A DNA stretch of 64,000 nt from Bilabrum cf. latius (lineage: Eukaryota), in assembly GCA_965178125.1 (NCBI GenBank), contig OZ237769.1, positions 372,001 through 436,000 of the forward strand, given 5' to 3'. The notes beneath the pieces were generated by a model. The model was not told the DNA's origin. It saw only the letters and a list, made by a program, of their open reading frames with translations, and ran no database searches. Shown piece by piece: positions 51,001-62,192 of the stretch (positions within the stretch are counted from its first letter, which is position 1; each line of letters opens with the position of its first letter). The position numbers and the translations under genes are program-made.

Positions 51001-54000
51001 GTCTCGTCGCGCTGCCGCTTCGAATGCGAAGAGCGCGCTGTTGGCAAGGCAGATCCAGAACGGGGATGGCGGCGTGGGCAACGATGGCGGGTCCGGGGGC
51101 GGCGGATCATCCGGGTCTGGTTCCTCTGGCCTCATGCGGCGAGGGATCGGTGGTCTGTCTCAGGACACGGTGTCCACGGGGCAATTTGACGGTGCGATTG
51201 CGCTCACGACTGTGGAGGAGCTGCTCAGGGCAGGACGGGGGAAGTCTCTCCCGAACGTGGCGGGGGCGAGAGAGTGGAAGGAGTTGGAGGGCGCTGCCAA
51301 GACTGCCAATGATTGGGTGCGGCAGGTGCGGAAGGCGCTCGAAGACGCCACAGCGGCAGAAGCAGCAGCTGCGGAGGATCAAGCAGAGAGACTGGGTGTC
51401 AAATCATCTGGACATGGTGCGTCAAGTGCATCTACTGCATCTGGTGCACTAGCAAGCAGCAGCAGCAGCAGCAGCAGCAGCAAGATGGTGGATGACGCCG
51501 AGGATGAGGCTGGGGTGATCGGCACGAGCGACGACGAGTCCCTCCGATCCGGTCCCAGGGCCGCACTCGTCACAGCACTAGAGGAGCTGGACGAGCTCGA
51601 GGAAAGCGGCGATGCCCTCCACGTGCACGTGCCGGAGCATGCACTCCTTAAGATGGAACTCAGGGCGCGCAGGCTGGGGCTCAGGGCACGGGATGCCATT
51701 CGGGGCAAGCGAAGGAGAAGGCTAAGCGAGCTCACCCGCATCATAGGAGAGTTTGAGCAGGCCCGTGCCGAGGGCGTGTACACTCTGCCGAGCAGTAAAG
51801 CTGCCATGGCGGCCAAGGCGCTCGGCGGGACCAGGATTCAGTACTCGCCTCCCCGCGCAGCCATCGAGGGCGAGATTCGACAGGCGGTCGCCGCTGCAAC
51901 CGCCTGGTCCCAGAGGACAATCAGGCTGCTGCAGCGGAGGTGTGGCATCGACAGGCTCAGGACGGCGATCAGTGACGCGCAGAGTATTCCCGTCGATATG
52001 TCCGTTGAGCAGGGGCCCCTGGAGGAGGCCATCGCGGGCTGTGCCGCGTGGGAGACTGCAGCCGCACCCGTGATCGACGCGTTGAAAGCAGCTGCGGCGG
52101 CGCACTCATCACACAAGCAGCAGGACCTGGAAGAAGGGGTCGCCCCATCGGAAGGCCAGTCGGAGGATTTGCCACTCTCCTCTTCAACCTCTCGAGATGA
52201 TGCACCCCGCGTGCCACTTGCCCGCCTCCGCAGCCTCGTTCGCTCTGCAGAGGCGCTGCAGGCTTCCCCTGCCGGAGTGGAGCTGGTGCAAGCCGCTTGT
52301 CTCGAGGCGGAGCGTTGGCTGCGGCGGGCGGTTGCCGCACTGCCTGAGCACGAAGTGGCCCGCATGCTGATGGAGGACGACCCCAGCCAAGGCGCTGATG
52401 CACACCTGAGCGCGGATGCTGCGGCTGGAGGCAGCGGGGCGAAAGACAGAGCCATGGCAGCTGCCTCGATGCAGAAGGGGTTGCACGACCTGGCGGGCAG
52501 CAGCAGCGCAGCTGAGAGTGCAAACAGCGACGGCGATGATGATGATGATGACGATGCTGATGATGACGATGATGAAGATGTTGTGTCTGCGCGCGGCTCC
52601 CCGCCCACGCTGCCGGACGACCCGCCAGAGTTCGGCCGGTCCGCGTCCCGCGGGTCACGCCGCTCGCGGGCCTCCGCCTCCAGCAGCAAGCGTGCCAAGT
52701 CCAGAGGTAAGAGTGCGGCAAGCGGCCCAGGCTAGGCAGCCAGCCGGTCATCCAAGGCGTCGCGCGGCGGCAGGCGAGGCGGCAAGTCCCTCGCCTGCGC
52801 CGCTGCATCGTCATCGTCGTCCTCACAGGGTCGCAAGCCTGTAGCGAGCCAGGATCCAGTCTCGTTGGATGAGTTGGAGCAGCTGCAGCAGGACGCTGCT
52901 GGGCTGGCAGGAGACATCCGTGCTCCGCTGCGGAGGATCGAAGGGTTGATACGTACCGCAAGCGCATGGCAGCGGGAGGCCAATAGTCTGCTCGAAGCCT
53001 GGTTTGGAACCGCAGCAGACGAGCCGATGCACCCGGGAAAGGTGGCGGAAATACATGCGGCGCGCAGCGCTGCTGTTGCTGCCGCATGCGCCGCCGTGAA
53101 GTCCGGCCGATCCGGTGAGCGAGCAATGGCAGCTGCCAGCGGGGCTGCTGGCCGGATCCTTGGCGTGGGCCGTGGGCCTGCCGCAAGGGATCAGGCAAGA
53201 GCAGCATGCAGATTCGTCGTGACGAGCGTGGCGCTGCTTCGTGTGGCGGGCAGGATCGGCGTGTCCATCGAGGAAGAGGCCACGCTGGAGCAGGCACTGT
53301 CCGTTGTCAGATGGTAGGCAAAGGCTCGCGGCGTGCTGTCGCTCCTCGGTGCAATCCGCAAGCGAAGGGAGGAGTTCGCTCCTGCGGCCGTCCGCATTCT
53401 ATCTGAGCCAGAGGACAAGCCACGTGTCGGTGGTAGAGCCGGCGCAAAGTGGCGCCGGCCGGCACTTGTCGATCTGTCATCCTGGATGGACGATGCGGCT
53501 GGAGCCAGGGAGCGCGTGAGAATGAGGCGGGCAGTTCGCAGGGCCGTGGTAAGAGCTGTGGTGGGTGCCGATGGGGTGGGTAGCGAGGGTGACGAGGAAG
53601 AGGTGCAGTCCAAGATAGAAAGAGCGCTTGCTGCCTTTGGCATCGACCTGTCATCCGATCAGGCGGAGGAGGATGCGACCGCAGATATGCGCGATGGTGA
53701 TGACGACGACGAGGATGAGGACGAGGACGAAGGTGATGCCGAAACGCACGGTGAGGATGAGGACGACGGAGGCAAGCAGTCCTCTTCGTCTGGATTGCGA
53801 AGGGCCCACTCGGCCTCTTCCGCTGCGACGCAGGACACTGCAGCCTCGCACAGGCCCAAACGGCACCGAGCCAGCGGGCAGGGCTCCATGGGCGATGAGT
53901 CTGGCGGGGACAGTGACGTGGTAGAGGAAGGGGTGGAAACTGTAGGTGCCGCTGAACGGAGGGGCAGAGGACGGGGAAGGGGTAGGGGTAAGGGCAGGGG

Positions 54001-57000
54001 CAGAGGACGGGGCAGGGGCCGCGGCCGCGGCCGGGTCGCGGCCCCGGCACCATCCCCGCCCACAACGAGGGCGACACGGGATGGAGCAGTGCAAGCAACA
54101 GCCTCTAGCGGCATCCCCAAGGCTCCGCCGCAGTATGCAGCGGGGAACAACGCACTTGCTAGCGCTGCGGCAGAGCCCACGTCATTTGCGGGCGCGTTGC
54201 CGAGGCCTGGTTTGGCTGCTTCTGGCAGGGGAAGGGGCCGTGGCCGGGGCCGTGGGAGGGGGAGGGGCAGGAGGGGCCGGGGCCGTGGCAGAGGCAGGGG
54301 CAGGGGGCGCGGGAGAGGACGGGGTCGCAAGTCGGGCGGGTCAGCAGGTCGTCAAAGCGGAAGCGGGGCGTCGAATGACGAGTGGGTGGTCCCACGTGCG
54401 CCACGGCCGTCTGGGCGGCAGTCAGGTAGCGCTGGATTCGGGCCAAGCGACGCGTTGGCTGTGCTGCTGCGAGGTCTTGGGGTTCAGTTGGGCCCCGGTT
54501 TCGAGTACACGAAGACCGCCAAGCCGCTGCAAAGGGACTGGGACGAGGCCTGCGCGCCCTTGGAAACTGCCGTTAGCCGAGGGGTGCGCTTCGCCAGAAT
54601 GATTGGCAAGACTGCGCTGTATGGCGTGGATGAAGAACGCGCTCGAAGGGCGGCCGCAGAGGTGGGGCAAGTGCTGCAGTCAGCCGCGAAAAAGCGGGGC
54701 TGGATGGAGGCCAGCGGGCTTGCGCTGGAACATGCAGCGCTGCACTTGGAGACTGGCAGGTTTGCGACTGCGCTGCGTGCCGATGTCAGAGGTGATGAGG
54801 TGCCGCTGGCTCTAGAGCTGGCTGGTGTGACCGTGGCGAGTGCAACGGATGTGTCGTCAATTGGAGCGGATGCCATCAAGAAGCCGGACGACAGCGGTGG
54901 CGCTTCACGCGGTGCTGCAACGGCTGGAGGTGCCCAGCGATCCGGCGGTGTGGCGTCCGCGGCGAGCAAGCTGATGAGCGATGCTGGAGATGACGATGAA
55001 GAAGAGGACAAGGGCAAGCGCGACGGTACCGAGGGCACTCACGACAAGGAATAGGGATAGCAGCACGAAGCCTAGCAGAGCATCAAGGCAAGCGAGATCA
55101 CCGCCATGCAAGATGATGACAGCTCCGACTCAGACGAAGCCGACAGTTTCGCGGCAAGAGCGGGCAGGCGACTGAAACACAAGCTGCAGATGGACCCCTT
55201 GGCTACCGCAGCGGTGCAAGAGATCGAAGCAGCGCTGCAAGCTTCTTCCCAGTCGGATTCTGGAAGCCCCGTCATTGGAGCAGCGTCAATGCCCGGCGAT
55301 CCCTTGTCTGCCTTGGCAGGAGTTACCGCTGAGGAGGCCTTCGCATCCATTGGCGGCTTGGGGCCTGCAGCCAGCCACGTTCTTCTGCACGGCATCCTGA
55401 CCAGTGCAGGCAGCGAATTTGGGCCGGACGGGGCAAGGCTGGGGCAAGACGAAGGTACCATCGCAAGGCGGATGTCCAAGGTGATCGAAGCGCTGGACGT
55501 GGGCAGCACTGCCGGCGGCGAGTACACGCAAGCAGACTTGGAGCTGGTGACGGCAGCCAGGCAGTTCCTGAGCCTAGAGTCGCTCCAAGAGCTGGTCAAG
55601 GAGGGCGAAGAGCTGGGCGTTGGGTCCATGGCCGGGCAGGCCCTGCAGCTTGAAGACGCGGCAGACTCCGTCGACCCGGAGGACTCGGAATCGATTGTGT
55701 CCGGGAGTCGCCAAGCGGCCCTCTTGCAGCAGAGCGCTGCCGCGAGCGACGCAGAGCGATCCGCGGTGCTTGACGCCATTCGCCGAGAGGCCACCGCGGC
55801 GCACCAGTGGCTCGAATCCGCCGAGTAGCTGCTGTGCGCCAAGTATTCCCCGGGCCGCTCCGACCAGGATCTCTCTCGCACCCTGGATGCACTCGTGGCC
55901 TCCATGAATCCTGCCGAACTGCGGAAGCAGCCGGGGCTGGGTAACGTTCCGCAAGACCCGAGCAAGGGCTCGGTGGTGGTTGGATCAGCTATGGAAGGGG
56001 AGGGCCTGCAGTGCGCTTTGTCTCTTGAGCAGGGTCTCCTGCTCGTGGCTGCTGGACAGCTGCTGAGCGTGCCTTTGGCCACCTTGGACGTGCTTCGGAA
56101 GGAAACCGCCATGGCACTTGCCATGGAGACGGGCTGCCAAAGATTGTTTGCAGCCGCGGCAGCAGCGCGCGCCTCCGGCTCAAAGGCAGGGAAGAGCAAA
56201 GCGGGCGTGTCCTCGTCTTCGCCGTACTACTACCAACTGCAGCTGGATAACCCCGAGTTTGATGGATCGCCAAGCGCACAGGGATTGCCCGGAGGTGGCG
56301 CGCCTGCAGGCAGCAGCGCGGTGCCACCAGAGCTCGCGGTCCGCGGGGCCATTGCCCGATCCGGGCTGCCTTCCATCCAAGTTCTAGCCCGGTTAGCACA
56401 CAGCGTGGGATACAGGCTCGCCCTTGCAGGCGATGCCGCAAGCAGAAGCAGCCAGGTGGTTCAGGCTGCTGAGCAGTGGATCCAGCAGGCTCGGGCCATG
56501 GGATTGCAGCACAGGCAGGCAGATCCCATGGGCATGGTGCGGCTCCTTACCCAGGCAAAGCGCATTCCTATCGATCTTACGGAGCCGATATTGGCCATGG
56601 AACGCGCCTGCAAGCAGCACTGCATGTGCAGGCAAGCCTGGCAGGACCCGATGATCCACTGCGACGCTTGTGGGACGTTCTTCCACGCGCAGTGCCTTGG
56701 TTACTCCGATGACGAAGCGGCCGCGATCGCGGAGGGGCAGGAGGCAAGGGAACAGGCGAGGTCCATCCTAAGGCAGGCCCGAGCGAAGGCGATTGAAGCA
56801 GCGGAGGCAGGTCGCGTGAAGGAAAGCCGATCCATAGCGCGACAAGGCATGGCCAAAGCCGACGAAGTACTCTTGCGGGCCCCAGCCACTCCCTTCGTCC
56901 CCAGCCGCGGCACCAGGATCCCGGACCCTAGGGACGTGGAAGAGAAGACGGAAGTTGAGCTGGCGATCGAGGCCGCGACCCTCGCGCAGTACTCGGGGAG

Positions 57001-58820
57001 GGGCAGGCCTCGAAGCGCGAGGACGGACAGGGGCCCGAGCCTGGCTGATGAGCTGGCCCAGGTGCCGACTCTGGATCCTGTATCCGTCTCGCACGAGGCC
57101 CTGTTCGACTCTGCAGGTGGGAACGGGCACGTCAAAAAGGCAGCCGGGGGGAGGAAGGCCGTAAAGGCGTCGTCCGCGGCAGCAGTTGCAATGGAGGATG
57201 ATTCCGACGAGGCGGAAGTTGGTGAAAACTCCAGTGGTTCGCATTCCGGTCGCGCCGGTGTCACGCTCCATCCGCCCCCTCTTCAGCCTAGTGCGCCGTA
57301 CCCGTTCCTGCGACTCGGCGGGGCTGCCCTCCTGCCCTACAGCAAGTTCGCGTTTGGGAGCGGGCAGCTTCCAGAGCGCGACAGCAGCCACGGAGCCGAA
57401 TCTGTTGCAGTAGACGGCGAGCTGAGAACGCGGTGTGCTCCCTTCCTGTGCCCTGGGTGCCGAGCCCGCTGGACTCTAAAGGTGGTGGTGGACCGGGGTG
57501 TGGTTGCGCTTCGAGCGCTAGTGGAGGCGCATTTGCTCGATGCCTCCAGGGCCTCCGCAGCGGAGGTGGCTTCGCTGAGGAGGCAGGTGCAGTGGCGCGA
57601 CGCAGTGCTGACTTGGGTGGCGAGCTTCGCGAGAAGACAGAAGGCTGCCAAAGCGGCCAAGGCTGAGCTTGAAAAGGGTGCTAATGGCGATGCCGATGGT
57701 GCTGGCGATGCTTCTGGCACTGGCTAGGACTCGGCGGCCTTGCCCGGTGCTGCTACCGGCGAGACACCCGGAGCCAGCGAGCCTGGCAACGGTGAGGAGT
57801 CTGCCTCAGGTGCCGGTGCATCCAGCTCATCCAGCGGCGGTGCAGGGGCCAATACGGAAGAACCCAGCCAGGCCAAGATGGAAGATGGCGATGTTCTCGA
57901 GTCTAGTGACGGAATGAAGAGCGCAGCCAGAAGCTCAGATGATCTGCAAGGCAAGGGCGACGATTCCGACGCAGCCAGCAAAGAAGCCGACAAGGGCGGC
58001 AGCTAGGCGGTCTCTGCCGATGCTGACGATGCTACAGCTGCCCGCATCAAGTAGCTCGAGGAGGAATACGGAATAGGTGCATCTTACATTTAGAGGGAGC
58101 TGTCACGCCTCCCAGCCTTCGCGCCTCCCCAGCGCGCGTTCGTTGGCTCGGCACCCGTCAGGTCCTGGGTGGAGCAGGTGGCCACAGCGTTGGGTGTATC
58201 GCGCGTGTGCAGGCAGCAAAACGGTACTCTGGCTGTTCTGCAGGCGCGCAGTGCGGAGCACTTGATGCAGCTGCTGAGGGCGGGTCAGCACGCCTCGATC
58301 GGATCGCTTCGGGGACCGCTCAAAGACGCGTGGAGCGGGTCACAGGCGCTCTGCAACAGCAGCGCCCCAGCTGGTAGAGGCACAGCTGCGGTCGATGGGC
58401 CAGGTGCGGCGTCTGGCGAAGGCCCAGTCAATGGCAGGCTTCGCGGATCCTCCTTTGCCCCGCAACCATACGACCCCGCCACGGGCGAATTGCTTCCTCT
58501 CCCCGATATCTTTGACCAGGCGAGGCTGGCGGAACGTTCGGCGCAAATCGCCTGCCTCCCTGCCTGGCTGCGGAACCGGCGACTCGGCAACGCTGACCTC
58601 TTGCGGATCACTCGGCGGTGCAGGCAGATCTTCTTCGTGCAGCCTGTGCCCGCGCCGACTGTCAGGGTAGAGGTCGCGACCGACGTCCCTGCCGGGCTAG
58701 GGATCGGGGGCGAGGCAGATCTGGGCTTCGAGACGGAAGATTTGCCGCTGGATGAGAACGGTAACTTGATGCAGCAGCGATCGAATGAAGAAGGCGACAT
58801 CAACGGTACCCTAGGCAAGG

Positions 58821-58869
<49 letters not shown>

Positions 58870-61690
58870 TGAAGTTGGCAACGTGGACGCAACAGCGACT
58901 TCTGCTGGGAAATATGCGGGGACATCCAAGGCTTCAGCTGGACGTATCTCTTCTGTTAAGGACGGTCAGCGGATGTCTGCTGCAAGCGCTGCAGCTCTGG
59001 TGGACGGCTGGCTCAACAGAGGGGCAATAGGAAGTTTGCCCTCTGAATGCAGCCCCGAGGCGCAGGAGCAGTGCGTGCTTCCTGCCCCTAGTACAACCCA
59101 GGACTCGTGCAGACTTACCCCCACCACCTAGCTCGCCGCGCCCCCCACGCTAGAGATCTGCGTGGAGCACGTGTGCACTGCCCTCAGGGCTCTTCTGTGG
59201 GCGGGGCGCTACTTGAACCCGTGGAACGCACGACTAGAGATGCTGAGGGCATCAGCGATAGCAGTGGATCCCGCTGTTCCTCATCTGTAGTCGGCACAAG
59301 CCATCTTGCGACAGCAGCAGCAGGCTGCAGCTGACGGCCACCCAGAGGCCATTCCCTTACCTCACCCCCCACAGTAGCCCGGGGATGGATACAGGTTGTG
59401 CGCCGGTCTCGGGGTCGGCGGCCCGCTGGAGGCTTGTGGCCGGCTGGAAGATGTGTATGGCGCACTGTTGACAGCTTCAAGCGTGCCGCTGCTCGGTCGC
59501 GATGCTGAGGATGCAGTATGTGGCATGGGACCGGGCGCATGGTCGGTTGACGCGGCGGAGGGCAGCGGTGCGGGCGGCTCGGGCACGGCCCCGATCCTTG
59601 CTTCGATTGCAGGCCGTGCTGCCCTGTGGAGACACAAGGCTAGGAAGCTGCTCCGGCAGGATGGGCCGGTATCTATCAAGCCGTTCGAGCAGCATGTGGC
59701 TGCGGGCAGGCGGATCCCCGTGACTCTGCCGGAGGAGGGGTCCATGTCCAGCGTGATCAACGATGGAGGCAGGAGCTGGTGCGTGTGCGGCGGGCTGAGC
59801 CACGGTTTCATGATTGGATGCGACTTCTGCGACCAGTGGTACCACGGCGAGTGCGTCGGGGTGACCCCTGAGAACGCGCCGCAGCCAGACATCTCCGGCA
59901 TTGGCAGGCACGCGCTTACCGAGCACGACCAGGGCAAGTACCGCTGCCCCAAGTGCTGCACCGGAGGGAGGCCGTACCATTTCCAGCGCGAGATGGAGCA
60001 CTCACAAACCATGAAGCAGGAGCGGGAGCAGGCAGAACCGGGGCTCATGGCCAAGTGCTGGGAGCCTGTCAACGTGCCGCCGGCGACGCGTGTAGCGGGA
60101 ACTTCGATTCGCAAGGACCCAGCCGATGGTGGCAATGCTGAGTAGGGTGAGCAGACGCAGGATGAGCAGGGAGGCAGCGATTCCGCTGGTCAGTCCTCGC
60201 CGTCCGTGCGGTATGTGACTGACCCGTGGCTGGAGAACAGGGCACGCGGCGACTTGGCCGTGAAGGGGCTGGCGCAGTTCGGCTGCTACCTGCCGGGCGG
60301 CGGTTCGGCTCTCGCGGAACGCGGCAACAAGGACCGAGATGAGAAGGAGCTGGAGGAGGAGGAGGAGGATGGCGCGGGTGCAGTGGATGATGGGGAGCTG
60401 CAGCCCGTGGCACTCGTACCGCTGGCGGCCGGCGCCGCTCCCGAGCATGCCAAGCGAAGGCCGTGGGTGGGCCGTCTGCCCCTGGTGGCGAGCTTCGCGC
60501 ACCTGCGGCCGTCCCGCAACCGGTTCGACGCGCATGCGGTGCAGCGCATTGCAGCGCATGCCCGGGATGGGTGGGTGGATCGGCTGGGCGCCGAGTGGCT
60601 GCCCCCGCCTGCTTCCTCGGAAGCGCTGGCGAAGCGCCGTGGAAAAGAGGCGTCAAGCAGCGGGGAAGCGGGGTCAAAGGACAGCAATGAAGGGGGGACA
60701 GCAGTCGCTGATGCAGCGGCAGGATCTCCCAAACGGGCGTCATCGACAGCAAGCAAGCCTGCAGATCTGGAGGAATGGACGCAGGAGCTGCCACCTGTCA
60801 AAGACGTGGGTTCTGCATCATCACCGTCATCATCATCATCGTCGTCGTCGTCTTCTGCCACAACGTCCAGTGCATCTGCAGCCAAGGAACCTGAGCGAAA
60901 GTTCGATCCCCCAGCGGTGCCCCGTTGGTGCCTAGAGGCCACGAGGCGCGGGGAATCGCTCTCCAACGACGCGCTTAAATCGTACTTGCGCACGCTACAA
61001 TAGGAGGCAGACGTGTCCCAAGGAGCGGTCGGAAGGACCTCCCATCGTCGTCACACGATGCTCCTGCACCAGATCGGGCTGGCCAGCGAAGCAGAGCTCA
61101 GGGAGGCCCAGGCCATGGCCTCTGCATCGGCAGGTGCTGCCGCCGTAGGGCCATATGCGGGGGCGGGGCACAGGCTAAGGCGCATGCAGGAGGACGCGGG
61201 GATCGATCCTTCGATCGGTGGGCATGCCCCCGCCATGGGCGCCTACGACGGATCGGATCAGCTGCATCTGGCCAGCGACGTGGGTCTGTTCAAGCAGGTG
61301 GTTGCAACCGTCAACGAGGCAGCTGAGGCGGCGGGACTCGTGGTTGGCCAGGGCGAGGGCAGGGTGCCCCTTGAGGTGGCCGCCGCCGTGTTTGGCCACC
61401 TTGAGCCGCTGCTCCGATCCTAGCAGCGCAGCCTGAGCCAGTTCGAGGTGCACACGATCGCGATGCAGGTGAGGCAGGTGAGGCTGGGGCTGCACGTGCA
61501 AAGGGACGCTGGGCTAGACGGCGGCGTGGGCGGAGAGGCCGGAGGAGAAGAGGATGGTTTCCAAGGAGGGAGAGGACAGGCACGCATGGACGATGATGGT
61601 GTCGATGATGGTGATGGGCATGGTAGGCAGAGCACGATTGGGCGAGGCGGACGACGGTCGACCGAACGGCGGTCTGGTCGCCACAGATGA
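48005..61690 (+). CDS. Large chromatin protein with PLU-1-like helical repeats and two PHD fingers (KDM5/JARID1 C-terminal-like), ~4,500 aa, join(<48005..48872,49060..61690); 5' end uncertain
   Basis: Phase-2 intron aa|GTGAGT...ccgcag|g, then one frame from 49060 to the TGA at 61688-61690 broken only by TAG. PLU-1-like repeats (e.g. AALVWKKRAEQLL...PT...AEYLPVDLSPEVAALRRAVARADAWRGAARATL). PHD fingers HCMCRQ..MIHCDACGTFFHAQC and WCVC...MIGCDFCDQWYHGEC...YRCPKC. Acceptor-like catcgcag at 48004. Confidence 0.8.
48873..49059 (+). other. GT-AG intron (phase 2) containing a C12-G-C11 tract at 48981-49004
   Basis: GTGAGT donor and ccgcag acceptor; restores AAG and switches to the downstream frame. 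Confidence 0.75.
53958..54330 (+). repeat. Two coding RG/GR dipeptide repeat tracts
   Basis: RRGRGRGRGRGKGRGRGRGRGRGRGR and GRGRGRGRGRGRGRRGRGRG... in the PHD protein. Confidence 0.85.
58823..58867 (+). repeat. (GAGGAC)7 microsatellite encoding an ED acidic tract
   Basis: Read directly. Confidence 0.9.
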
Positions 61691-62192
61691 GCTGCACCTT
61701 TGCACTTTGACACTAGTACGATACAAGTTGCATTACATACCACTGGATTATACTCTTGACCTGGTGCATCGTACACACATGACTATCAACTTGAAGCAAG
61801 CAAGCATACACCCACCTATCGAGGAGCGTTTGACGGTGCAGATTGGCTGCAGATTGGTTGTGCATGCGCGCAATGAGATCGAGTTGGCATGCAGCATTAG
61901 TTTTTAGATTAGGTTAAATTACAAAGTGGCCCTAGAGTTGAAGTGTCTTGCTGGATCGTGAAATTTGGCTAGCATCCGTTGTTTACTGGCGCTTTAGTAG
62001 GTTTTGCACGAGGTTCAGCGGCAGGTGCGTGAAATCCGTGAAAACCTCGAGCAGTTGAAGTAGGGGTGAATCTTAAACTGCAATTGCACCTTGTCCCAAA
62101 GCCAAAACAAAAATGCAGTGATCAGGGAACCTTCCACGTGGGAACGTGAGGAACTCCGGTCAGCACTGCAACTGCATTTTGCAATTGAAAGC

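Noticed and set aside
9295-51573. CACTCGTCAC copies or hexamer tracts as a CRISPR array or transposon ends
   Set aside because: They are too short, irregularly spaced and in mixed orientation, with no spacers, cas genes, transposase or target-site duplications seen.
752-60993. Long antisense and alternate-frame ORFs (e.g. 752-1855, 33875-35122, 51969-53297, 55072-56199)
   Set aside because: They are shadows of GC-rich coding sequence on the plus strand, with no domain motifs.
9251-61690. Pseudogenes or many small separate genes, as the ORF track suggests
   Set aside because: The interruptions are exclusively TAG, with no TAA, TGA or frameshift over tens of kb, and catalytic motifs are intact. 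Decay would not be codon-specific.
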